Virus record (IMG/VR): IMGVR_UViG_3300021957_004671
Location: 1 to 64,000 of that record
DNA length: 64,000 bases
Strand: one strand, 5' to 3'
Source of the DNA: a virus
The notes beneath the pieces were generated by a model. That model ran no database searches. It was not told the origin of the DNA and worked only from the letters and a program-made list of their open reading frames with translations. Position 1 is the stretch's first letter; the number at the start of each line of letters is the position of its first letter. Positions 9,477-17,891 of this stretch are shown piece after piece. Position numbers and translations under genes: made by a program.

Positions 9477-10102
9477 TGTGCGCAATATTTGGATCATATG
9501 ATATAGATAAGTTTAAAGAGCTTGCTGAACTAAACTCTTATAGAGGTCAGCATTCGTATTCTATATCAGCATATATTCCAAAGAGCAAGTCTCTAACTCT
9601 TATCGATAAAGGGTTTGGAGCATTTAAAATGCCGCCTATTGGATTCTATGAAACGGCATACTGGATTGGGCATATTCAAGCGCCTACGTCTGGTGAAAGA
9701 ACTCTTGATACTGTTCATCCTAGTCAAGAAGATAATTCTTGGTTATGGCATAACGGTATTATAAAAGAAGACTTTGTTAAGGAGATGCAAGGTGTGTATG
9801 GAGACCATAGTTGGGATACTCAACTCCTCAACTTATGGTTAAACGATCAGAGATCTCTAGATGAGGTGGATGGTACTTTTAGCTGCTTAAGGTTTAAAGA
9901 TGGGTGCCTTGAGTTATTTCGTAATGAGATCTCGCCGATGTTTGTTGACGGTGAGCTAAATATATCTAGCACTAAGTTTGCTAAATCCTCTAAATCGAAG
10001 GCGAATAAAGTTCTATCTATGAACTTTGATGATAATGTACTCGTGGACGGACCTTCGTTTACTACTAAAGAAAATCCCTATTATTTTGTGAATGGTGTAT
10101 AA
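9476..10102 (+). CDS. Class II (Ntn) glutamine amidotransferase
   Basis: N-terminal nucleophile MCAIFG, NSYRG, GHIQAPT, HP, WHNGII, DT; translationally coupled to queC. Confidence 0.85.
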   Translation: MCAIFGSYDIDKFKELAELNSYRGQHSYSISAYIPKSKSLTLIDKGFGAFKMPPIGFYETAYWIGHIQAPTSGERTLDTVHPSQEDNSWLWHNGIIKEDFVKEMQGVYGDHSWDTQLLNLWLNDQRSLDEVDGTFSCLRFKDGCLELFRNEISPMFVDGELNISSTKFAKSSKSKANKVLSMNFDDNVLVDGPSFTTKENPYYFVNGV

Positions 10103-10473
10103 TGAAAACTAATTTTGAACTTATTAAAGAATGGTCTGATGAACGTCTTATTACTCATCAAGCTCCTGACCGTAATGGCTTTGTCGCTATGATTGTCGAA
10201 GAGCTAGGTGAGTTTATTGAGGCTAGGACTGAAGAAGAACGCATTGATGCAATGGCAGATATTATTGTTTTTGCATACGGCGAGATAGCCAAGTATGGCT
10301 ACGATGGTAATAAAGTTATGAGCGAGGTTATTAAAGAAATTAATTCTCGTGTCGGCGCTTATGATCCAGCTACTAAGAAGTGGCAAAAAGATAAATCGGC
10401 TGAGGCTCAGGCTAAGTGGTATACTGCTGACCTCGCAAGCTGTAAACTTGATAACAGTACAGGAGTTAAATAA
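10102..10473 (+). CDS. MazG-like nucleoside triphosphate pyrophosphohydrolase
   Basis: MIVEELGEF...IDAMADIIVF (EExxE...DxxxD). Confidence 0.75.
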   Translation: MKTNFELIKEWSDERLITHQAPDRNGFVAMIVEELGEFIEARTEEERIDAMADIIVFAYGEIAKYGYDGNKVMSEVIKEINSRVGAYDPATKKWQKDKSAEAQAKWYTADLASCKLDNSTGVK

Positions 10474-10925
10474 TGTTTGTTAATCCAAATCCATATACCA
10501 ATGGTGTAGAAGAAGGTGGAGTGAAAGCTGTATCAGTTGAAGTGACTGCTGCTACAGTAAGAGGCTTCCAAGGTAATCCTCTCGTAAGTACAGAAGATAA
10601 TTACATGAAGCGTGAAACCTATGAATTACCTACGATGATCGATCCAGGTGATCCTAATAAAGAACGAGAGATCTGGCATATGTTTCCAGGCGCATATGAG
10701 TTCACTAGTGATGTGTATGTTAATGTACCTGACGGTCATGTAGCGTATATCGTAGCTACCTCTGATTTGTTTGATGGTGGTGTAACTGTTGATTCATTAA
10801 TCTTTGAGCCAGGATATAAAGGTCTTGTATCAGGTATTCTAAGAGTAGATGGAGGAGAGCTTTTCTTGCAAGCTGGTCAGCCTGTTGCTGAACTAGTAAT
10901 GCAGAAAGTGGAAGGAGCTGCTTAA
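10473..10925 (+). CDS. Degenerate trimeric dUTPase/dCTP deaminase-fold protein
   Basis: PGAY, VNVPDGHVAYI, IFEPGYKG, AGQPVAEL resemble dUTPase motifs II-IV with substitutions. Confidence 0.6.
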   Translation: MFVNPNPYTNGVEEGGVKAVSVEVTAATVRGFQGNPLVSTEDNYMKRETYELPTMIDPGDPNKEREIWHMFPGAYEFTSDVYVNVPDGHVAYIVATSDLFDGGVTVDSLIFEPGYKGLVSGILRVDGGELFLQAGQPVAELVMQKVEGAA

Positions 10926-11902
10926 TGGAACTACAAGTTAATATTGATAAGGTACGTGAAAAAAAGCTAATGATTGCTGCACCTATGTATGGTGGCCAAT
11001 GTGCTGGTATGTTTACTAAGTCAACTAATGACCTATCTGCTCTATTTCGAGCTCATAATATTCCGCTTAAGTTTTACTATCTGTTCAATGAGAGTCTGAT
11101 TACTCGTGCACGTAACTACTGTGCTGATGAATTTATGCGAAGTGATTGTACTCATCTTATGTTTATTGACTCCGATATCGGATTTAGTGCTCAGGATGTA
11201 TTAGCAATGCTTTCTATTATTGATGGGCATGAAGATCTCAATGACGGCAAAGCGTTTGATATTATGTGTGGTCCTTATCCTAAGAAATGTATCTCATGGG
11301 AGAAAATTAAGCAAGCTGTCGATATGGGAGCTGCTGATGATGACCCTAATGTACTTGAGAACTTTGTAGGTGATTATGTATTTAATCCTGCTAATGGTAA
11401 AAATACTATTAAGCTAGATAAGCCTCAAGAAGTGCTCGAAGGTGGTACTGGCTTTATGATGATTCGACGTGAGGTATTTGAGAAGTTTCAAGAACAATAT
11501 CCTCAGATGTTATATAAGCCTGATCATGTACGTACTAAAGAGTTTGATGGTTCACGTGAGATCATGGCTTATTTCGATGCGCTTATCGATGATAAGTCTC
11601 AGAATCTAGTACCTGAGATTACAGCCTTCTATGATAATAATCCTAATCCTACTAAGGAAGAGGTAATTGAGTTTCTTGCCAATAAGCGTGAAGGCATTGA
11701 AAGAGAGACATACTCTAATCGCTATCTATCTGAAGACTATATGTTCTGTCAGTGGGTACGTAATATGGGTATGAGTGTATGGTTATGTCCATGGATGAAG
11801 CTGCAGCATGTTGGTAGTTATATCTTTGGAGGTAGTCTAGCAGACTTGGCTGCAGTTGGAGCAACCGCTACCGCTGATCAGTCGCAAGTCAAGCGTAAAT
11901 AA
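10925..11902 (+). CDS. GT-A fold glycosyltransferase-like protein
   Basis: NESLITRARN, THLMFIDSDIGF (DxD), GTGFMMIRREVF, YLSEDYMFC. Confidence 0.75.
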   Translation: MELQVNIDKVREKKLMIAAPMYGGQCAGMFTKSTNDLSALFRAHNIPLKFYYLFNESLITRARNYCADEFMRSDCTHLMFIDSDIGFSAQDVLAMLSIIDGHEDLNDGKAFDIMCGPYPKKCISWEKIKQAVDMGAADDDPNVLENFVGDYVFNPANGKNTIKLDKPQEVLEGGTGFMMIRREVFEKFQEQYPQMLYKPDHVRTKEFDGSREIMAYFDALIDDKSQNLVPEITAFYDNNPNPTKEEVIEFLANKREGIERETYSNRYLSEDYMFCQWVRNMGMSVWLCPWMKLQHVGSYIFGGSLADLAAVGATATADQSQVKRK

Positions 11903-11916
11903 TTGGAGTATATATT

Positions 11917-12594
11917 ATGGAATTAAGTGAAGCAGCAGTAGGAGTATTGAAGAATTTCTCTCAGATTAATCCTTCAGTCCTATTCAAACCAGGCAATGAA
12001 GTCAGTACTATTTCGCCTCAGAAGACTGTCATTGCTACTGCTACAGTGGATGAGACGTTCCCTGTGCAAGGAGGTATCTATGACCTCAATCGTTTCTTAG
12101 GTGTTGTATCATTGTTTGAGGCACCTGAGCTTTCTTTCTCTGAGCAACGTGTAACTATCAATGAAGGTAATAAAGCAATTAATTATACATTTGCTGAACC
12201 TGCTATGATTCTTACACCGCCAGATAAGAAGATCGACTTTCCTGAACCAGAAGTGAAAGTAGAAATTACATGGGCTGAGATCCAGTCTGTGTTAAGAGCA
12301 GCTAGCGTAATGCAGCTGCCTGAAGTAAGTATCAATGGATCGGCCGGTAAGGTTAGTATCTCAGCTGAAGATAGTAAGAACCCAACAGCTGATACTTATA
12401 GTAGTGATGTGGGAGAAACTGATAACGATTTTAAATTCGTATTTAAAGTTGAGAATCTAAAACTACTAAATCTGAACTATCTTGTTGAAGTGTCTAAGAA
12501 AGGTATTGCTCGATTTACTTCGGTTAATACATACGGACCTAGACTTGAATATTTTATTGCAACTGAAGCTAATTCTAGCTATACTGGAGATTAA
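11917..12594 (+). CDS. 45: Sliding clamp gp45
   Basis: LKNFSQINPS, GIYDLNRFL, FKVENLKL, YFIATE; synteny with 44/62/regA/43. Confidence 0.93.
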   Translation: MELSEAAVGVLKNFSQINPSVLFKPGNEVSTISPQKTVIATATVDETFPVQGGIYDLNRFLGVVSLFEAPELSFSEQRVTINEGNKAINYTFAEPAMILTPPDKKIDFPEPEVKVEITWAEIQSVLRAASVMQLPEVSINGSAGKVSISAEDSKNPTADTYSSDVGETDNDFKFVFKVENLKLLNLNYLVEVSKKGIARFTSVNTYGPRLEYFIATEANSSYTGD

Positions 12595-12595
12595 G

Positions 12596-13180
12596 ATGAC
12601 TACGGTTAAAGTTAAACGCGAATGGAACCTCTTTGATGACGACGAGCAAAAGTTACCTGCCGTTGTACCAAGTGTGGTATTCAAAACGCGTGTGAGGGAT
12701 AAGAGCATCCCTGGTGATAATCCATTCCGGTGGGAAGATGTTACAACGTTTGACTTGTTCGCAGGCAAGCGTGTTGTATTATTCTCGCTACCTGGTGCAT
12801 TTACACCTACTTGTTCTACTATGCAATTGCCTGGATTTGAAGATAACCATGCTGACTTTAAGAAGCTTGGTGTCAAAGACATCTATTGTGTATCAATTAA
12901 TGATACCTTTGTGATGAATGCATGGGCAAAAGCACAGAAAATTAAAAAGGTAAAAATGATACCTGATGGCTCTGGTGCGTTTACTCGTGCTATGGGAATG
13001 TCTGTGATGAAGAACAATCTTGGATTCGGTGAACGATCATGGCGCTATGCTTGCGTAGTAGATAATGGTAAAATTGAGAAGTGGTTTATTGAACCTGACG
13101 CTCAAGACGAAGCACCAGGCGATCCTTATGGTGAAACAGCACCTTTGAATATTCTTTCTTGGCTGAAAGAAAACTCATAA
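12596..13180 (+). CDS. Peroxiredoxin (Prx5 type)
   Basis: VVLFSLPGAFTPTCS, SINDTFVMNAW, PDGSGAFT, GFGERSWRY. Confidence 0.93.
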   Translation: MTTVKVKREWNLFDDDEQKLPAVVPSVVFKTRVRDKSIPGDNPFRWEDVTTFDLFAGKRVVLFSLPGAFTPTCSTMQLPGFEDNHADFKKLGVKDIYCVSINDTFVMNAWAKAQKIKKVKMIPDGSGAFTRAMGMSVMKNNLGFGERSWRYACVVDNGKIEKWFIEPDAQDEAPGDPYGETAPLNILSWLKENS

Positions 13181-13209
13181 ACCTTTTTATATAATGTATG
13201 GAGTGAAAT

Positions 13210-14157
13210 ATGGCGAATATTCGCGACGAGTTTCTTTGGTGTGAAAAGTATCGACCAACTAGGTTGGCTGAAACTATTCTACCCGATGAACTAAAAACTA
13301 CCTTTAGTGAGTTTGTTACTAAAGGCAATATACCTAACCTGATCTTATCCGGAGGTCCAGGAGTAGGTAAAACTACAGTTGCTAGAGCTGTTCTAGAAGA
13401 ATTAGAATGTGATTATATTATCATTAATGGTAGTATGAACGGTAACATTGATACTTTGCGTAATGAGATTATGCAGTTTGCGTCAAGTGTATCGTTTCAA
13501 GGCGGTCGTAAGTATGTTATCCTCGATGAGGCTGATTACTTGAATGCTAATTCAACTCAACCTGCCCTTCGTAACTTCATGGAAGAGTTTTCTAGCAATT
13601 GTGGTTTTATTCTTACCTGTAACTTTAAGAACCGAATCATTGAACCTCTTCATTCGAGATGCTCTGTAATTGACTTTACTATCAAGAATAGCGATAAGCC
13701 TAATCTTGCTGGTCAGTTCTTTAAACGTCTATGTTCTATCTTAGAGATGGAATCAGTTGAGTATGATAAGCAGGTACTAGCAGCAATGGTGCAAAAGCAC
13801 TTCCCTGATTGGCGTCGAGTCATTAATGAAGTTCAACGGTACAGTGCTACCGGTAAAATCGATTCAGGTATTCTTGCTAACATTCAAGAAGTAACTCTTA
13901 ACTCTCTTATTGAGCAGATGAAGAATAAAAACTTTACTGCAGTAAGAAAGTGGGTTGCTGAGAATGCTGATAATGATCCGAGTTCTTTGTTTCGTAAGTT
14001 TTACGATCAAGCCGCTACCCTCTTTCAACCGAGTGCGATACCTCAGTTGGTATTAACTCTTGCTGATTATCAATATAAGGCTGCCTTTGTTGCTGATCAA
14101 GAGGTTAACATGTCTGCCTGTCTTGCTGAGATTATGGTGAATTGTGAGCTCAAATAA
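13210..14157 (+). CDS. 44: Clamp loader large subunit gp44
   Basis: WCEKYRP, GGPGVGKTT, ILDEAD, SRC motif. Confidence 0.96.
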   Translation: MANIRDEFLWCEKYRPTRLAETILPDELKTTFSEFVTKGNIPNLILSGGPGVGKTTVARAVLEELECDYIIINGSMNGNIDTLRNEIMQFASSVSFQGGRKYVILDEADYLNANSTQPALRNFMEEFSSNCGFILTCNFKNRIIEPLHSRCSVIDFTIKNSDKPNLAGQFFKRLCSILEMESVEYDKQVLAAMVQKHFPDWRRVINEVQRYSATGKIDSGILANIQEVTLNSLIEQMKNKNFTAVRKWVAENADNDPSSLFRKFYDQAATLFQPSAIPQLVLTLADYQYKAAFVADQEVNMSACLAEIMVNCELK

Positions 14158-14164
14158 GAAAGAG

Positions 14165-14275
14165 ATGACTGTAAATGAGGCTAAGGAGATAGTTCAGAAG
14201 TATGAAAAGCTTGTGAACGAAGCTCGCGAGGTCCTAAATAAACATTGGCGTGAAGTTTTTAGGAAGATGGATTGA
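14165..14275 (+). CDS. Small hypothetical protein (36 aa, not in ORF track)
   Basis: MTVNEAKEIVQKYEKL...FRKMD fills the gap; TGATG coupling to next ORF. Confidence 0.45.
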   Translation: MTVNEAKEIVQKYEKLVNEAREVLNKHWREVFRKMD

Positions 14276-14433
14276 TGAGATATCTATGGAGACTATGGGC
14301 TAAAAGCTTAGGTGAAAAAGAAAGTGATGATGACTGGGAAGCTGATAAAGTGGCAATTATAAGAACTGTAATTGTTCTTGTTAACTTTATTACTTGTTTG
14401 GTTATTGTTGCTGGAAATATAAGGCACTGGTAA
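14275..14433 (+). CDS. Small membrane protein (52 aa, not in ORF track)
   Basis: MRYLWRLWAKSLGEK...ADKVAIIRTVIVLVNFITCLVIVAGNIRHW; coupled to gp62 by TAATG. Confidence 0.65.
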   Translation: MRYLWRLWAKSLGEKESDDDWEADKVAIIRTVIVLVNFITCLVIVAGNIRHW

Positions 14434-14804
14434 TGAACCCTTTTGATTATGTAAATTCTATATCTTTTAATAAGAAGGATATAATGAAAGATGAGTACGA
14501 CGAGAAGCAGTATCCGGGCTATCTCGTCAATAGAGCTCTATCACTATACCCGGATACAATTTTCTACACTAATGAGATGAATATGCGACCTGATATCGAT
14601 AACAGGCTCGCGTATGACTATTACCTAAATAGTATCAGACCTCGTAAGAGATTTAGTAAATGGTTCAAAAGACAAGATAATGAGAGTATTGATATCGTCA
14701 TGGAATACTACAAAGTAGACTTTCCCCAGGCTACAGAATATCTAAAAATCCTCTCAGAAAATCAAATCAGTGAACTTAAAACGAGATTATATAAAGGTGA
14801 ATAA
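14433..14804 (+). CDS. 62: Clamp loader small subunit gp62
   Basis: MNPFDYVNSI, YLVNRALS, NEMN, RKRFSKW; position between 44 and regA. Confidence 0.9.
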   Translation: MNPFDYVNSISFNKKDIMKDEYDEKQYPGYLVNRALSLYPDTIFYTNEMNMRPDIDNRLAYDYYLNSIRPRKRFSKWFKRQDNESIDIVMEYYKVDFPQATEYLKILSENQISELKTRLYKGE

Positions 14805-14806
14805 TA

Positions 14807-15199
14807 ATGAATCTTGTAGAAAATTTGGTAGAAGTTAAATTAAAAGAAGATGATGATTTTCTGAAAGTAAGAGAGACGCTGACTCGTATCGGCGTAGCCT
14901 CTAAGAAAACAAACACTCTATTTCAATCATGTCATATCTTGCATAAGCAAGGTAAATATTATATTGTACACTTTAAAGAGCTTTTTGATCTTGATGGAAA
15001 GCCGACTGATTTCTCTAGTGAAGATAAGCAGCGTAGGAATACTATTACAACGCTATTGTCTGATTGGGGATTAGTTGAAGTGGTGAAAGAAGATAAGATT
15101 GATGATACAATTCCAGTATCACGGCTTAAAATTATACCACATAAACAAAAAGATCAATGGGAGCTTGTAGCTAAGTACAATATCGGTAAAAAGCGATAG
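14807..15199 (+). CDS. regA: Translational repressor RegA
   Basis: DDFLKVRETLTRIGVAS, LFQSCHILHKQGKYYIVHFKELF. Confidence 0.96.
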   Translation: MNLVENLVEVKLKEDDDFLKVRETLTRIGVASKKTNTLFQSCHILHKQGKYYIVHFKELFDLDGKPTDFSSEDKQRRNTITTLLSDWGLVEVVKEDKIDDTIPVSRLKIIPHKQKDQWELVAKYNIGKKR

Positions 15200-15205
15200 A
15201 ACTTA

Positions 15206-16867
15206 ATGCAAATTATAGCGACTGACGCTAAGCCTCAGTACCAGGGGCATGGCATTATTGTTGGCGGTATGGTTGAGAGACGAGATTCGTCTGATTCCAG
15301 AATACAAATTAACAATAGTAACGACTCAGCTCATACTAAGACATTAAACACGGAATGGATATCTATTAAACGTGCTCCAGGAGCGCATAGAATAGCTACT
15401 CATCTTCGTGATAATGGCTATGATATTGAGGTTGTCGATTTCTGGCAGGCATGGCCGCTAGATAAGTTTCAAGATTTTATTAAGCTTAGAGTTAGTAGAA
15501 AGACAAAGTTCCTTGCTATTAGTACTCTCTTCGCAATGACGAGTCCGAAACTAAAGCGCGAGCAGAATCAAAAACTTGCATGGTTTAAAAAGACTTATCC
15601 TTGGATACCTATTATAGCCGGAAGTATGAATCTGATGGCTAGTGCTTCATACAATCCTGTTGATTACTTTGTAACAGGCTTTGGTGAGAAAGGTATCATA
15701 CAGCTTCTAAAGCATTTAAGTAATAGAACTAGTGATGTTAAAATTAACAGCTATAATTATAAGAATAGAATCTATAATGTAGTTGAATGTAATAAATTCT
15801 ATCCTGCTTTTCCTGAAAAGGATTTAATAGTATCATATGAAGATAGAGACTTTATTCAGTCAGATGAAGTACTAACTGTTGAGCTAGCTAGAGGGTGTAA
15901 ATTTAAATGTAAGTTCTGCTCTTTCTCTGTACTTGGAGTAAAAGGAGATTATACTAGATGTCTTGATGGATTTAAGACTGAAGTAAAAGAGAATTATGAT
16001 AGATGGGGTGTTACATCCTATACAGTAAGTGATGAGACTATTAATGATAGAACTGAAAAGCTTATTGGTTATGGTGATGCAGTACAATCATTAGACTTTG
16101 ATTTGAATCTATTTGGATTCTTGAGAGGCGATCTAGTTGCAACACGTCCTGGTGACTGGGAACATATTGCGAGGATGGGATTGTGGTCTCACTTCTACGG
16201 TATTGAATCTTTTACACATAGTGCTGCGAAGTCAATTGGTAAAGGAATGGCACCAGATAGAGTTAAGGACGCTTTGTTTGGTATTCAGGATTACTTTAAT
16301 AAAAATGTAGGTAAGTATAGAGCTACCTATTCTCAGATTATCGGATTGCCGACTGAGACACCAGAAACATTTATAGAACAGTTTAAATGGTTAGTGAGTA
16401 ATTTTCCTAATCAATCATATAATTACTTTCCTCTTATGATGTCGAAAGCAGCTGATACGGCATTTATGTCTAATCCATCTGAGTTCGAACGAACATGGGA
16501 AGAGAGTAATATATTTACTGAGCTGGAAGGCTCAGATGTAAAACAACGTTGGCAGGATGCTAATGTAAGTGACGATGTAAAAGATCAACTTGGATCTCTT
16601 ATGTCAAGTAGTTCACTAGTAAAATGGAAAACTGATAGCATGGATATAATTCAAGCTGCAGAAACATATAATGAGTGTAGTAAGATAGTTGATCCTTCTA
16701 AAGTTGCACCTCATATCTTTTATTATCATAGATATGTAACTGACAATGATTATACTGTTAATGATATGGCTAAATCGTTCTCTGAAGTAGAGCCGTTTGG
16801 TGTTAATCACTATATGAAACATATGGAATTTTTTAATAAATATATTGACAGAAAGCTTGCATATTAA
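15206..16867 (+). CDS. B12-binding-type radical SAM protein
   Basis: ELARGCKFKCKFCSF (CxxxCxxC), VSDET, GIESF, IIGLPTET; N-terminal Rossmann-like region. Confidence 0.85.
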   Translation: MQIIATDAKPQYQGHGIIVGGMVERRDSSDSRIQINNSNDSAHTKTLNTEWISIKRAPGAHRIATHLRDNGYDIEVVDFWQAWPLDKFQDFIKLRVSRKTKFLAISTLFAMTSPKLKREQNQKLAWFKKTYPWIPIIAGSMNLMASASYNPVDYFVTGFGEKGIIQLLKHLSNRTSDVKINSYNYKNRIYNVVECNKFYPAFPEKDLIVSYEDRDFIQSDEVLTVELARGCKFKCKFCSFSVLGVKGDYTRCLDGFKTEVKENYDRWGVTSYTVSDETINDRTEKLIGYGDAVQSLDFDLNLFGFLRGDLVATRPGDWEHIARMGLWSHFYGIESFTHSAAKSIGKGMAPDRVKDALFGIQDYFNKNVGKYRATYSQIIGLPTETPETFIEQFKWLVSNFPNQSYNYFPLMMSKAADTAFMSNPSEFERTWEESNIFTELEGSDVKQRWQDANVSDDVKDQLGSLMSSSSLVKWKTDSMDIIQAAETYNECSKIVDPSKVAPHIFYYHRYVTDNDYTVNDMAKSFSEVEPFGVNHYMKHMEFFNKYIDRKLAY

Positions 16868-16885
16868 GCTCAAAGGCATTATATA
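16857..16885 (+). promoter_or_regulatory. Sigma70-type promoter of hsp20
   Basis: TTGCAT-N17-TATATA. Confidence 0.55.
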
Positions 16886-16890
16886 TATAC

Positions 16891-16951
16891 GTGTACGCCG
16901 CAAGTGCGGGTATACAACATTCTTGCTTTAAAATAAGGAGAAAGCGACATG
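16891..16951 (+). promoter_or_regulatory. ROSE-like RNA thermometer in hsp20 5' UTR
   Basis: Hairpin 16891-16915, then UUCUUGCUU (16920-16928) pairing with AAGGAGAA (16935-16942) with a bulged G opposite the SD. Confidence 0.65.
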
Positions 16952-17356
16952 ACAAGAACACAAACACTATTCCCCCGTTCAGCATTTATTGGTTTCGATC
17001 ATCTATTAGATGAGATGAATGTAGCAGTAAAAAGAGCTGGCGATCATTACCCACCACATAACATTATCAAGATAGCCGATGATGAATATACAATTGAGAT
17101 TGCTGTAGCCGGCTTTAGCAGACAAGATATTAAAGTCGAACAGAAAGAACGATCATTAATTGTATCAGGTGTGTATACTAGTAAAGAGCGTGAAGTTATT
17201 CATCGAGGTATTTCGACTCGTAACTTTAAACGCTCGTTTAGACTATCTGAGTATGTCCAGGTAACCGGTGCATCTTTTCAGGACGGTATTCTTGCAATTC
17301 AAATGAAGTTAGAAATCCCAGAAGAGAAGCAGCCTCGTTCTATCAAAATCGATTAA
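16949..17356 (+). CDS. hsp20: Small heat shock protein Hsp20 (IbpA-like)
   Basis: FIGFD, YPPHNI, IEIAVAGF, HRGISTRNF, DGIL, IPEEKQPRSIKI. Confidence 0.95.
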   Translation: MTRTQTLFPRSAFIGFDHLLDEMNVAVKRAGDHYPPHNIIKIADDEYTIEIAVAGFSRQDIKVEQKERSLIVSGVYTSKEREVIHRGISTRNFKRSFRLSEYVQVTGASFQDGILAIQMKLEIPEEKQPRSIKID

Positions 17357-17370
17357 ACGAGGATAAATCA

Positions 17371-17490
17371 ATGTTAAAAAAAGTAAAAGAGCACTTCTGT
17401 TTAGATTCTGCTCTCCACTTGGCACTTTTTGTTTCTACTATGGCACTCATGGTAGTAGCATTAGCGCCGTTGTCAAGACCTTTTGGCTAG
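17371..17490 (+). CDS. Small single-TM protein (39 aa, not in ORF track)
   Basis: GAGG SD, then MLKKVKEHFCLDSALHLALFVSTMALMVVALAPLSRPFG. Confidence 0.5.
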   Translation: MLKKVKEHFCLDSALHLALFVSTMALMVVALAPLSRPFG

Positions 17491-17508
17491 ACAACAAAGC
17501 TAAATAGA

Positions 17509-17532
17509 CGGGAGCCTGTAACAGGGCTCCCG
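17509..17532 (+). terminator. GC-rich hairpin (terminator or 5' stabiliser)
   Basis: CGGGAGCC-TGTAACAG-GGCTCCCG; weak U tail; directly follows late box CTAAATA 17500-17506. Confidence 0.55.
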
Positions 17533-17554
17533 CAACTTATTAGAGGAGACTAAA

Positions 17555-17851
17555 ATGGCCATTGAACCCTGTTTTACGAAAGAACTTCGTAATATTAATC
17601 CAGAGCTCGAAGATGCTGCTATTGAGGCTGCCAAGACTGCAGCTGAAGCCATCGAAGGTTTTGAAGACATTGCACCACTAACACAACACGTAGTTGGTAT
17701 TGTAATATGTCTAGACACATTAACAGATGAATTAAAAGCAGCATGTGTAGCTGGTGAGCATGAAGCAATCGAAGCTGGTATTGATGCTACTGCTTTAGAA
17801 GACACAACCAAAGAATACTTAAAGGACCGAGTCGGTCTAGATTTTGAATAA
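17555..17851 (+). CDS. Hypothetical acidic helical protein
   Basis: GAGGAG SD; 98-aa ORF. Confidence 0.7.
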   Translation: MAIEPCFTKELRNINPELEDAAIEAAKTAAEAIEGFEDIAPLTQHVVGIVICLDTLTDELKAACVAGEHEAIEAGIDATALEDTTKEYLKDRVGLDFE

Positions 17852-17856
17852 AGTAG

Positions 17857-17885
17857 TTGCCGTTTAAACGGTTTCTCTATATAAT
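17857..17885 (+). promoter_or_regulatory. Sigma70-type early promoter of gp43
   Basis: TTGCCG-N17-TATAAT; ATG follows after 6 nt. Confidence 0.75.
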
Positions 17886-17891
17886 GTAATA

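Noticed and set aside
12482..12595. N-terminal extension of the peroxiredoxin
   Set aside because: Overlaps gp45; GGAG SD supports ATG 12596
17500..17811. Minus-strand ORFs here and at 12466-12882, 30609-30926, 36416-36982, 59813-60100 and 63790-63990
   Set aside because: Antisense shadows of convincing plus-strand genes, with no motifs or expression signals
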